Assembly (NCBI RefSeq): GCF_018350175.1
Contig: NC_058368.1
Coordinates: forward strand, 16,866,001 to 16,930,000
Direction: 5' to 3'
Origin: Felis catus
Taxonomy: Eukaryota
DNA length: 64,000 nucleotides
Both the position numbers and the translations under genes were made by a program. Positions 39,401 to 51,531 of this stretch are shown piece by piece. Below the pieces are notes generated by a model, which searched no databases, was not told the origin of the DNA, and was given only the letters and a program-made list of their open reading frames with translations. The first letter of the stretch is position 1, and every line of letters begins with the position of its first letter.

Positions 39401-39551
39401 CTCTCATTGAACACACAGGAAAATTTTATTATGATGTTTAATAAAAATATTATAGCTACTCCTAATTTTAATACATAATGCTTTTTTCCCATTATTCCCA
39501 AATGAAGAACAACATAATTCAATAAACACACGCAATGCTCATACACACTTA
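39401..39551 (-). CDS. Candidate exon B1 (..SVYEHCVCLLNYVVLHLGIMGKKHYVLKLGVAIIFLLNIIIKFSCVFNE), phase 1 to 2; internal ATG at 39492 in good Kozak context
   Basis: cctctttcag| ... GAG AG|gtatgt. 151 nt open frame with a hydrophobic segment. The acceptor is ambiguous because it overlaps a donor-like ca|gtaagt. Confidence 0.28.
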
Positions 39552-39640
39552 CTGAAAGAGGCCTTTTATCATGCCATTTGCTTTATCATAACTAATAATT
39601 TTTAGATACACATATGGTGTTATTAAAAATTAAGTAATGA

Positions 39641-39860
39641 GGGGCATCTGGGTGGCTCAGTCGGTTGAGCGTCTGACTTCAGCTCAGGTCATGATCTCAC
39701 GGTTCGTGGGTTCAAGCCCCGCATCGGACTCTGTGCTGACAGCTCAGAGCCTGGAGCCTGCTTCAGATTCTGTGTCTCCTCTCTCTGCCCCTCCCCTGCT
39801 CATGCTTTGTCTCTCTCTCTCTGTCAAAAATAAATAAACATTAAAAAACTTAAAAAAAAA
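39641..39860 (+). mobile_element. Can-SINE
   Basis: Full element; TSD aaaaattaa(g/a)taatga. Confidence 0.95.
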
Positions 39861-41006
39861 TTAAATAATGAAAAAATATGAACTTACATTTGTATGACTT
39901 ACACAACTGGTAATAGATCACATTAAATGTAAAGATTTTAATCCCAACGTCTTTCAGTTGTCTCTCTACCAAGATACTTACATAATTTAATTTTCAGTGT
40001 TTCTCTAATATTTACTGAAATTGTTTGAACATGTTTATTTGTGATGGAGTCATAATGTTTACCCATGAATATGTGAACAAATGGAAAAGCAAGCCTCATG
40101 CATCTCATTAAAAAGCAAATATCCAGTAAAACTTTCACTTAATTTGTATTTATTAAAGTTTTTGATATATATTTTTATTATTTCCATTCATGGTTTACTA
40201 CTTGTACCAATTCAGAAGAAAAAAATTAATGGAGAGCATTATGATTGCAGAGAAATTTAGAAATATAGATGTATGTTTGTGTTGTATAGGAATACGAAAA
40301 AATGATCAATAAAAGACTTTCCAGCACAAACTTTTATTACACTGGGCAACATTCTTTAACATAAGTGAAGTGAAAGCAAGATCACCAACAGGAAAAAAAT
40401 TTTTTTTATTTTCCAATAGCTGAAGAACTTGGTCAAGTACTTTAAAAATAGGTAATGGTTTACTTCAAAACACCACGGTGTTTAGATTTCATTGCATGCA
40501 TTGAAAAAAAGTTATGTAAATGGATTATTTTTTAAATAATAATATTTCCAATTGGATGGAAACTATATCTTTTGCAACTATTTAAACTTAAAAGCCTATT
40601 TAAAATTGTTTTGATATTAACTTGAAAATCTGTAGGGAATACCTATTTGATCAAAATTATTGTAATGGGTACATGAATATTTGAAGGCGATTGCTGTTAG
40701 GAAATTCACACCTGACCTCTGGCTATAGGCCTGATCATTTTGTTCATATCGTGTTCCCTTCTTTAACCAATCCATTGATACATTGACAAGCCTGACTTCT
40801 TGGTCAGTCCTTATAGACTCTTGTTCCTCTCTTCACTGATCCTCAGATTTCAATGATTTCTCTGATAGCTCTTCAACTTTGTTTCCAAGTAACCCCTCTG
40901 GTCTGTGAAAGGGCTTCTTATTTTGTCCTTATAGTTTCAGATAGAAAAGATTTTCTAGAAAATCTCTATAGGAATAACATATAACTTCACCTCAGTCTTT
41001 TCCTGC

Positions 41007-41012
41007 TTTATT
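41007..41012 (-). terminator. Candidate polyadenylation signal AATAAA of gene A
   Basis: tttatt on the plus strand, immediately 3' of the TGA of exon A6. Confidence 0.4.
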
Positions 41013-41014
41013 TT

Positions 41015-41035
41015 TCAACATATGTTTCTTTTTTC
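41015..41035 (-). CDS. Probable terminal coding exon A6 (EKRNIC*)
   Basis: Very strong acceptor ttttcttcttttctctgtcttgtag|GAA AAA AGA AAC ATA TGT TGA, with AATAAA starting 2 nt after the stop. Confidence 0.45.
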   Translation of the reverse strand, partial: EKRNIC

Positions 41036-41514
41036 CTACAAGACAGAGAAAAGAAGAAAACTGATGTATTAAATATCCCTATACTGAGGCTTACCTCCAA
41101 GCTCCCTGTGTTTTAAAATCCTATCCTGTCTAATTATTGCCTGGTTAGTCACACTAAGACACAACCTATATTTTGCACGTTTTATCTCTAAGTAGATTCA
41201 AGTGAATATGATTACATGGTTACAAATTATATACATGCAAACCTAAAACTTGCATTTGGAACTCCTCTTGATTTACAAATTCTAATCTGCCTAGAACATG
41301 CAACATGTTTTATCTCGATCTGATAGTCAGCTTAGGCTGCTCCTAATTTAGTATTTGTTCTCTTGGGTAAAATAGGCAGGCATTTTGTTGAAGTATTGCT
41401 ATAGCATACGTGGCTATTTGTTCTCCAATAGGCGTTTTTCCCTTTTTCCATGGTCTGGACTTATTAGTAGCTGGACTTCTTAATATCCCAGTAAAAAATG
41501 ACAATTCCCAGTAA

Positions 41515-43175
41515 TGACATCAGCAAGAATGGCAGAACAAAAAACCTAAAAAATTCTCTCCACCATAAAATCTATGAAAACATTGGTAAAATCTTTCCAA
41601 ATAAACCTTTGTAGAACTCTGGAAATTAACTTGAAGCATACAACAATCAAGAAAACATTTGTCCAAGAAGAAAAAAGGCTGAACCTTGGTAAGAATAGTA
41701 TTATGGCATTTTAATTCGCCCAACTCCCATACATCCTTCCCAGCTCTGTGGTATCCTTCAAAACCAACAGCTTTATAATCACATTTAAACCAGTAACCTA
41801 GAAGCCACTGGAGGATGACTGGGGTTGGAGCGCTTCCAAAGCCCCAATCTTAAATAACTGTCTGTTTTCTCTGTCTGGAAAATCCCACTTACAGGCTTGA
41901 TTTTTGTTTTGTTTTGTTTTTTACCTGATTCAGAGTTTTTTCAGTGTGGCGGTTTCTCTTTTTTTCTTTTAACTTTTTATAATGTTTATTTATTTTTGAG
42001 AGAGAGACTCAGAGCATGAGCAGGAGAAGGGCAGAGATAGAGGGAGACACAGAATCCAAAGCAGGCTCCAGGCTCCGAGCTGTCAGCACAGAGCCCGATG
42101 CAAGGCTCAAACTCACAAGCCATGAGATCATGACCTGAGCCAAAGTTGGACGCTTAACCAGCTGAGCCACCCAAGTGCCCCATGGCAGGTCCTTCCATGG
42201 GGAATTTGTTGCAAAAAATCAGTGACGATTGTTTAACACTGCAGCTTCCTGGGGCAGCAGCAACAGTGAGAACAAATGACAAGCTTACCAACATAGTTGA
42301 GGTAAATGAGATGTCTGTAGGATAGTCTGAGAAGCTCTGACATATTCCTGGAAAATCTAGAAGGCCACACACATGAAAGGTTGTGTACATATTCCTGGCT
42401 CTGGGGACGACCCGAGAATTCGCTAAAGGCTCACCCTTGACTGACCTCAAGCCTCCACACAAGCAGAAATTAAAGAACAAGGCAGGTTTTAAACACACAC
42501 AAGCCCCTCCGCAGAAACTGAGAGACTTAACGGTTACGGCCACTTAAGGAAATCTCTATCAGATCATTGGCTGACCAATAACCTACATAAACCGAGATTT
42601 CAGTGGTCACAAAATGACAAAGAAAATAAACTATATGGAATGAATCTAGAAGAGTCACTAAACAAACAACAGCAAGAACAAGCATAATAACCACCACAAC
42701 AAACAGCAACAACAAACCATGGGAAAAATAGAAATCTGGCTTCCAGTGATGCCAAATTTATTATTCAAAATGTCCAGGTTTCAACCAAAATTTATGAGAT
42801 ATTAAAAGAAACATGGAAATACAGCCTGGGCACCAGAAAAAAAAATTAGCTAATAGAAATGGTCCCTGAAAATGGCCAGACGTTAAATTTTGAAAAAAAA
42901 AAAAAAAGCTTTAAACAAAGACTTGAAATAATTTGTTTTAAATGTGTTCAATTAATTTAAAAAAGTATCTAAAGAACTAAAGGCAAGTATTAGAAAGATG
43001 GCTCAGCATATAGAAAATATCAAAAAAGAGAAAGAAACAAATAGAAATTCTAGACTCGAAAGAGGCAGCAACTGCAAGAAAAAATTCAGACTGGTTCAAC
43101 TGCAGATTTGAGCTGGTAAAAGAATCCGTGAACTTGAAGATAGGTCAATTGAGATTATCCAACCTGAGGAACAGA
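41515..43175 (+). mobile_element. Old L1 5'UTR and start of ORF1 (L1M-type)
   Basis: Starts cagcaagaatggcagaa (L1 caagatggc start); ORF1-like aaagaactaaagg...gaaattctagactcgaaa...gtgaacttgaagataggtcaattgagattatcc. Confidence 0.8.
41958..42181 (-). mobile_element. Can-SINE inserted in L1 5'UTR
   Basis: Full antisense element ending gagccacccaagtgcccc. Confidence 0.93.
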
Positions 43176-43193
43176 CTGCTTTTGCAAAGGCAA

Positions 43194-43258
43194 ATATATC
43201 TATATCATCTATATATCTATCTATATCTATATCTACATCTAAATCTATATATCTATAA
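43194..43258. repeat. (TATC)n/(TA)n low-complexity tract
   Basis: atatatctatatcatctatatatctatctatatctatatctac. Confidence 0.8.
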
Positions 43259-43742
43259 TGGAATATTATTTAGCCATTAAAAATAATGAAATCTTGCCAT
43301 TTGGCAAACAAATGGACGATTTGGCAAACAAACCTTGAGGGCATCATACTAAGTGAAGTCAGTCAGACAAAAACAAATACCATATGATCTCTGTTACATG
43401 TAGAACCTAAAAAAAAAGCTTATAGATACAGAGAACAGATTGGTGGTTTTCAGAGGTGGGGGTGGGGTGAGGTTGAAATAGATAAAGGGGAGTATGAAAT
43501 CAATCAGTCATGAGGATATAGTGTACGACATTGTGACTATAGTTAATGACACTGTATTGCATATTTGAAACGTGCTAAGAGAGTAGATCTTAAGAGTTCT
43601 CATTTTAAGAAAAAATTTTTGTCACTATGTATGTAACATGCTAACTGGTCTTATTGGGGTAATCATTTCATAATAGATACAATATCAAATCATACATCTG
43701 AAACTAATATGCTAGATAAAATATACCTCAGTTAAAAAAATA
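43256..43742 (+). mobile_element. L1MA-type 3' end with poly(A)
   Basis: aatggaatattatttagccatt...aagtgaagtcagtcagac...gctaagagagtagatcttaag...tatacctcagttaaaaaaa. Confidence 0.88.
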
Positions 43743-43947
43743 TTTCTGAGTTCCCCTTCCTTGTGATTACTATGTAAACCCGGGGGATCACAGAAGAGGC
43801 TTAACATTTGTTTTTTCCTTCCAGTGACAGCAACTGAGAAGGAAGAAAAATCTACTTAAATAGGTGGCAAGTGAGAAGCACGAGGTTGAATGCTGGTTTC
43901 TGTTCATTTTTCCACTGGTTACTTTCCACTGTAGCTTATGTTCTTAC

Positions 43948-44049
43948 CCCATCTAAAGTTTGCTTCTGAAATTCTGTAACCCCTGGCTCTATAGTTGTAC
44001 ATATTGAATAGTCTACAAGCACTAAATTGGACACATTCTCCAATGCTTC
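43948..44049 (-). CDS. Internal coding exon A5 (EALENVSNLVLVDYSICTTIEPGVTEFQKQTLDG), phase 0 to 0
   Basis: Acceptor gtgttatttccaacttcag| and donor GGG|gtaaga. 102 nt, open in phase 0 (phase 1 is also open). Confidence 0.68.
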
Positions 44050-44466
44050 CTGAAGTTGGAAATAACACATTGCTCCTTCCTACCCTTAGCCGGAAATCCA
44101 CTTACAGTCTCTATGGGAAGCCTTTATGGTTTTACTGTGTAGCCTTTGGGGAGTTGATGAGCCCATCTATGCCTCATGTAGCTTTTGGTATTTTCCCTAA
44201 GGTCAGAAGAAACCGAAATTCCCAAATAACAATTAAAAATGAAAATAATCCATATCTTTTCCCGATTCTCAATGCTATGTTGCCATATTTTTTTCCACTC
44301 TATTGCCAAGACTTAAGAATTCCAAATGTATTTCTCAGTTCTGCCAGTTAGCACAATAGAGATGAGAAGGGAATATGCCACCTACTTTTATTATGGATTA
44401 TACTGGGGGCTTCCCTTCATTGGAAAATGTCCCTCATTTACATAAATATAAGAAATACAAAGAAAA

Positions 44467-44624
44467 GGGGGCACCTGGGTGGCTCAGTTGGTTAAGCATC
44501 CGACTTTGGCGCAGATCATGATCTCACTGTTCATGAGTTCAAGCCCTGCATCGGGCTCTGTGCTGACAGCTCAGAGCCTGGAGCCTGCTTCAGATTCTGT
44601 GTCTCCCTCTCTCTCTGCCCCTCG

Positions 44625-44661
<37 letters not shown>

Positions 44662-44722
44662 ATGCTCATGCTCATGCTCTGTCTCTCTCTCTCTCTCAAA
44701 AATAAACATTAAAAAAAGAAAG
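44467..44722 (+). mobile_element. Can-SINE with an internal hexamer expansion
   Basis: TSD aaga(a/g)atacaaagaaaagg; (CTCCTG)n(CTCATG)n at ~44625-44678. Confidence 0.95.
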
Positions 44723-47700
44723 AGATACAAAGAAAAGGACATTAAGAAAGAAGAAAAGGACTTTTGCTAATAGCTTGAGGGTAGAAAGAGACATCCTAGA
44801 TCTACCAACTCGAATTTCATCACTCTTAGGAAGATCCCCAATCTTCCTCACTGGTAATACTTGTGTCTTTGTCCTATGTGATCTGGGTGGGAAATGGTCC
44901 CAAGGGAGGAAAAGTGGGATCTAGAAATTGATGTTTCAAGCAAACATTTTATAGACCACCCAATTTTACCGCCAAAGGATGAAAGAGTGGTAAAAATCAA
45001 GTTTATATATCCTTTTAAATGTTCAAAATATTTTCCCAAGTCAGTACTGTCAAATTTCAATGTTATCCGTATTTATGTTCTCTTGGAACTTCTCGTTTCA
45101 ATAGTCTAAGGAAACATGTATATGCTTTTCCTTCACGTCCTTTGTTTAAATCCATCCTCGGTAGGAGTTTGATGTTCTCAGTGTGCAATAAAAAACAAGA
45201 AATAAGAAATCTGTACTATGTGTGCTAACAGAACTTATTCATAGATGTTCAAAACTGTGGCAAACAATTTCCTGCAGATTAGCTCTCTGAGGTAACTAAA
45301 CCATCTCCCACATCTCTGAAGGATGGGTATTTAGAGAAATTCATGCTCAGTTTCACATGCCAACCGTAAAAGCAAGTAAAAATCTTAAAGCCATTGTCAA
45401 AGTAAGAAGTTAAGAAATAAATCCCCAGGCACTCTAAAAAATACAACTCGCTTTCTTCAGGCTACTTTGAGAGAAGGGAACATTAATAAAGGAAATAAGT
45501 CTTACGTTGACACCTAAAACAAAACAAGAATCTTCGGGACAGAGAAGGAAAAGAAGAGAAAGAATGCGGCCCTGGAGTATGACCCACAGTTAAGGGGGAA
45601 GTAGAAGGACAAATGGACTTGGGGAAACAAAACACCTCAGGATATAATACCAGATAACTTATACCATTTAGCTTTTGCACACCAATTTCATGGATTCAAC
45701 TTCAATTCAAATGCAACTGTATTCTCATGAATCCAAAATATATTTTTTCCAACCCAGTTCTCTCTAAAAGGCTCCCAAGGGATATATCCAAGTGCTTACT
45801 GCAAATCTGATTGCAAGTCTCACAGTAATCTCAAATTCAGCATGTCAACACTGATATCCTTCACCTGCTTCCTTCCCAAGTCTCTCTCCCTGCCCCCAAA
45901 AAAGTGCTACCATGTTGTCATTTGTTTGGTTTAGATCCTGATCATTTGTTTCTTGTATTACAGTGGCAACCACCTAAGTGCTCTCCTTGACTCCTAATGT
46001 ATTTCCCTTAATCCATTGGGTCTCGACATTTATTGGAAACCTAGAGCTTTTTCTCCAATGAGAATAAAGAACATTTTGTCTACAGTACGAAGATAGACAT
46101 GTATGCAGGACATTTCACATACAATTTTAAATAATCATATATCCATGAATTCCATCCTTCATCCTCCTAGCAGTTCTCACACCCAGGTTAATAGTTTCTA
46201 CTATAAACTTCTGCCAGAAGGATCTCAAAGAAGTAAATCTGTAGTGACACTGTTCTACATGATAAAATTCAAAATTTGGGGCATGGCATGGAAGTCTTGT
46301 CATAATGGTAACACTTTCCATACTTCGCCTCTAACTTGCTGCGTATCCTCTTTCCTATTCTGGACTACGTGAAGTTAAGTTGTTCTTGCTGCCAGAAATG
46401 ACCTCTGCTTTTATCACCTGGACACCTTTCCATGTTAAAGACACCTTAGACATCACATTCTCCAATTAAATCTTACCGGATTTTCTGCTGTCACCTCCAT
46501 CATCTTCCTCGATTTGTTGTCACTCCTATAAGGACCTCTGTTCCAGAGTTAACCTGCAGATTTTCACAGAGACCTCCCAGATCTATAAATGATTAACTGG
46601 AATCTTCCTGCGTTCACTTGGCTTGGGAGGGGGAGGGGAATTACTGTGAAGATGCTAAACATCCCTTTTCTTTTTGCCCTCCTTTCGCCTTTCCAAAGGG
46701 AGCAAAGCAAAGAGAAAGTTTCCGACCATTCTCACCACAAACACTGCCTTCCCCATAAAATCAATGGATGACTCACTGTGTTCCCTCTCTTCCCCAATTT
46801 GCTATTGAAAAATGGGGAAAAGGTGTCACAAGGACAGTTCTGCTGCCTCATACTAAGCCTTTCGAGAGATATCTCCTCCAATTCTCAGTAGCAGCCTGTA
46901 GCTTGGTGGCTGCCAAGGGCTTTTGTGCATTCAGTGATCCTTCTCCTTTGACCTCAAAAGCCTCTCTTCTTGTTTCCTGTGTCTCATTAAGTCCCTTGTT
47001 AATGCAGAGGTTTTTCCTTCTTCCTACAACCTATCTCTCTATAAGGCTCACATCTAACTCACGAGGCTGGATGGCGAACACACACTAGGCCACCTCACTC
47101 TACAGCGGCAACACGCTAAATTCAAACCCAGGTTCCTGCTATAGAGAGCTGCTAGAATATTTGCATACTGCGATGGAATTACCTGCTTTGCGGAGTATGA
47201 GCTGATGAAGACTAACGACTTCCTGTATTAACTCAATATCCTAACGTACGCAGCACATGTCTGGCACATAGGGATTAGAGTAGTGGTTAGAAGCTCATCA
47301 TTAGAAAAATTAAATAAGATGATTGTAAAACCAGTATCCGGTATATTAAGCCAGTATATAGGAATGAGCATGCAGGAAATATTAGCTTGTTATTATGATT
47401 GACAATAATAGTGTGCTGATTGTCAAGGACAAACAGAAAAGAACTGTCTTAGAATATCTTTCATTTCTTACAATTATTATGTAACTCAGACAATATCCCC
47501 AGCATAATTTTTTTCTGGCTCCAGTTTCCAGATTTGTTATGGTTTTCAAGTCTCCAGGTGTCCATGTGTCTTAAACAAAGACATTTCTGGTAGACATGCT
47601 TGTAAAATAGAAGTGTCTCACTGTGAATTACAAAAATGTAATAACCTACACCTTTTTACAGCTGGGCACAAGTTCCTGAGGCTATGGAGTATGCACTGCA

Positions 47701-48229
47701 CAGAGATGAATAGAAATAATGCCAACATTCTTAAAATTATATCACTAAAAACATTAACAGCCTCTGGCAAAGGAACACATGGAGATTTATAATGCATCTA
47801 AGAAACAGAGCGAATTGGAGACATTAAGAGTAATAATAATAAAAGTATGAGTACCACAGACCAACTCAGCAAATATTCATGTATCTGATGCAGGGGAACC
47901 ACTTAGAAACTGATGAGACTACATAGCAGGATGTATTTGGGTGGAGTAAGAAATATTTTTGCAATTATCTTTATGATGGTGATATAGAACAAAATTATGA
48001 TTTTTCAACCATGGTTTTTGCTTAGCAGTATAACCTTAAAAAATTATGTACAAATTTACATAAAGCTCCGCTGTATGATGGGTGAGCGTACAAGACTACT
48101 ATAGATTCTTTTTTGCTTATATTTCAACTTCCCAGTAACCCGTCCTCCGTGTATCTCCCAGATTAAATCGGATTACTTTCTTCCCCTACTCAGAACTGTC
48201 CAATAGGCTTGTTATACACATGAGAGTAA

Positions 48230-48910
48230 AAACTGGACGACTTACTCTGGCCTTCAGAGCCCCATGAGATCTGGTCTCTGCCAACCTTTCTAACTTCATC
48301 TCACTGCAGCTACCCAGGATCTGCAAGCTATGGGCACTTTCACCTAGCTCTGCTATCATTGCCAGTTCCAAAATGGGTTCAGGATTTTGCATTGGTTCGG
48401 GGCGCCTGGGTGACTCAGTCGGTTAAGCGGCCGACTTCGGCTCAGGTCATGATCTCGCGGTCCATGAGTTCGAGCCCCACGCCGGGCTCTGTGCTGACAG
48501 CTCAGAGCCTGGAGCCTGCTTCCGATTCTGTGTCTCCCTCTCTCTGACCCTCCCCTGTTCATGCTCTGTCTCTCTGTGTCTCAAAAATAAATAAAAACGT
48601 TAAAAAAATTTTTTTAAAAAGAAAAAAATAGGATTTTGTATTGGTTCTTTCCTCTTCCAGAAGCATCCTTCTACCTATTTTGTATGCATGTGGGGTATCC
48701 CTGCAAGTGCGTTCTTTCCTAAATGTTACCTCCTCAGAGAAGTCTTTGTCAACCACCGAAATAAGGTAGTCACCAGTCATATTCAACACAGTACCCTATG
48801 TTAACTCTTCACATGGGACTTACCACTGGAGTCTTTTCATGTTTTTATTTGTTTGCATTATGTATTCCTCTACTAGAATGTGTATTTCATGAGAATAGGA
48901 ACCTTATCTC
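48230..48910 (+). mobile_element. L2 3' fragment interrupted by a Can-SINE
   Basis: ggccttcagagcccatgagatctggtctctgcc; aaatgttacctcctcagagaag; ctagaatgtgtatttcatgagaataggaacctt. Confidence 0.75.
48399..48628 (+). mobile_element. Can-SINE (SINEC_Fc-type, young)
   Basis: CpG-rich full element; TSD aggattttg(c/t)attggttc. Confidence 0.96.
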
Positions 48911-48947
48911 ATTTTTTCACTGGCCCTCCTCGCTTTGATCTTCTTAC

Positions 48948-49052
48948 CTCTAAATTCTGCCAGACAGATTCTTTCAAGCACTCTGAAGTACTTGATAGAT
49001 GCACACCTCTTTCGAATTCTTCCACATTCTCAGAAAGAGGCCTCTTAGCCCT
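48948..49052 (-). CDS. Internal coding exon A4 (RAKRPLSENVEEFERGVHLSSTSECLKESVWQNLE), phase 0 to 0
   Basis: Acceptor cttagcatttctcaacgtag| and strong donor GAG|gtaaga. 105 nt. Only the phase-0 frame is open. Confidence 0.7.
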
Positions 49053-50099
49053 CTACGTTGAGAAATGCTAAGTTTATTTGTTGAGAGGAATTAGCTTCCA
49101 CGTTAAGACACAGCATCCCACAGCCATGTATGCCTATTCCGGCTCTTCTATATGAAAACATTTTCTGTTATGTAAACACAAGTTTTCAACCCTCTCCGTA
49201 GACAAAGACTGTGATCACTGTCAGTAGTCTCATCTTCACACATTAAGGATAATGAGAAATTGATTTGCTCCCAGCAGATCAGCTTGTTCCTTTAGCTTTA
49301 CTGAGATAGCAAGATGTAGAAGGAAACCAGATGGCTGTGACTAGGGCGAGGGATGGCTCTGGAAAATAAGGAAAAATCAATGCAAATTCTGTGAAAAATA
49401 CCGAATATTTGCAGATGATTTTTTTTTTACTCCCAACTCATTACATAAATTTTCAAGACATACACGATAGCTCTGCTATTGGCATATTTTAAAAAACTAT
49501 CCTAAACACATACTGGGACTTTATACTGAGAATAGTACAAGGTACTTTACTGATTACGATATATTTATATTTTTCAACATTCCTGTAATGTATTAGGGGA
49601 ATTACAATCATGAAAACATAAATTTTTAGTCCCTGTTGGCCTTCTTTTTAGCCCCAGAACCTCAGGTAACTTATTGTCTCTTTACTTCATTTTTTTCATC
49701 TATAAAATAGATTAATAGCTCTGCTTTATGAATTCTGTCAGTTGTAGGTTAACCAAAATAAATATCTAGCTATAACCCAGGACTGGGCTTACAGCAGATG
49801 CTCAGAAAATACTGAAGGACACCTGCTGTTTAGATGAAGAAGTAGAGACATAAAACATTGAAGTCACAGTGTAATGATAGATTTTTCGATTTCTTCATTT
49901 CTAGTTCATGAGCACATCCATCTCAACTTTTTTATGTGACTGTTATGTTATTGGTGTCTTTACAACAATTGAGTCCCCATCCAACCTAAGGAATATAACA
50001 CTAAACTATTTTTTGAACAAATTGTTTGTCTATATGCTGGATCCTGCAAACCAGGATCACTTTCGTTTCATTAATTATATTTGCCTTTGTATTCCTTCT

Positions 50100-51105
50100 A
50101 TCAAAAAGAATTCTCTCCACGTGTATCCTTGATCCCATAAACACATGCCCTCTCCAGATCTACTGAGAGCTGAACCTTTTTGTCTTGCTTCTTTAAACCG
50201 TCCTTCTTTACTTGGTCCCTTCCATCATCATTCAAACACGCTACAAAATGTCCCTTCCTTAAGCAAATTTCACAAGCCCATATACCTTTGTAGTTATTTC
50301 CAAATCTCTCCACCCCTCTTCACAGGAGAACTTTTTGAATGGGCTGCACACTGTGTTCTTTTCTCTTCCTTTTCCCACATCGAGCTTGTTTTTTGATGGT
50401 CTCTGATACGAATCCTGATCCCGCCATTATACTTAAACATCCCTGATTAGCTTCACCGATGACCTTCATCATGCTCTTCAGCAAGCCACTTACAAATCCT
50501 TTTCTGACCTCTTTTTTTTTTTTTAATGCTTATTTATTTATTGTGTGTGTGTGGGAGAGAGAGAGAGAGAACGTGCCTGTGGGTGCGTGAGTAGGAGAGG
50601 GACAAAAACAGAGGGAGACTGGCCAGTCTCCGCATGGCCAGTGCAAAGCCTGACTCAGGGCTCAAACTCACAAATCTTGAGATCATAACCTGAGCCCAAA
50701 TCAAGAGTTGGACACTTAACTGACTGAGCCACCCAGGCGCCCCTCCCTTCTCAACTTCTTAGCAACATTTGACATGTTTGCCAATATTTTCCTGCCTTCT
50801 CTTGACTTCTTTGGTCATTCTCCCATTACTTCTCTGAATACCTCTGCTCAGTAACTCAAGTTAGCTTCCTTTCTTCTCTCTGATCTCCAAATGTAAGAAG
50901 TTTCATTGCCTTGTTCCAAGTCCGCTTGGCCTAACTGCACTTATCCACCTCCATGACTTTAATACTACTCATGCTGACTTTCAAATTAAGATCTCCAACA
51001 GTGACCTCTTTTCGGAGCTCTAACCCCATGTAATTAATTCACTGTGTTATACCTTCATTTAAATGACTTACGTGTATCTCAAACTTGACATATTTAGAAG
51101 TAAGC
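50100..51105 (+). mobile_element. L2 LINE fragment interrupted by a Can-SINE
   Basis: agcaacatttgacatg (AFD motif region); tatctcaaacttgacatatttagaagtaagc (LKLN motif). Confidence 0.65.
50512..50742 (-). mobile_element. Can-SINE
   Basis: T tail, (TG)n(AG)n, ends gagccacccaggcgcccc. Confidence 0.92.
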
Positions 51106-51531
51106 TTTTTTTTTTTTTATTCTTTGTAAATTGCCTCACTATCTAGGTTCATTTTTGATTCTTACACTTCCACAAATCTAACTATTGTGCTAAAAGAGTG
51201 TGACTTCATAGTGTGGCAGCAAAAAACTAAACTCTACTCTTTTCTCTCTGGTGCCTGATCAAATCTGGCATTTCTTCCACACCCTTTGGTTGGCTTCTCA
51301 GGTGGATCACATGGCTATTTAGGCCACTTTTGCTTAATAAATCTCTCCTAATCACTTAATCTCATGAAAGTCTCACTTTAGCAACTGTACATCGAGTCTA
51401 ATGAAATAGTCAAACTAGATATTTTATCGAGATTAAATTTCCCCTTCCTTCTCATCAGATTTTATTTCAGTTGGAAGCTGGAAGCTGCATTGGGAAGAGC
51501 CATATGGTAAGCTTTTCTCTTTTCCCTTTAC

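Noticed and set aside
42154..42543. Longest ORF in the track (129 aa)
   Set aside because: Antisense to an old L1 5'UTR and runs into a SINE; no coding or splice support.
43995..44351. 118-aa plus-strand ORF
   Set aside because: Partly antisense to exon A5; no convincing start or splice context.
44852..44920. 69-nt minus-strand phase-0 candidate exon (IPLFLPWDHFPPRSHRTKTQVLP)
   Set aside because: Weak acceptor and donor (CCA|gtgagg); cannot be distinguished from chance, though frame-compatible.
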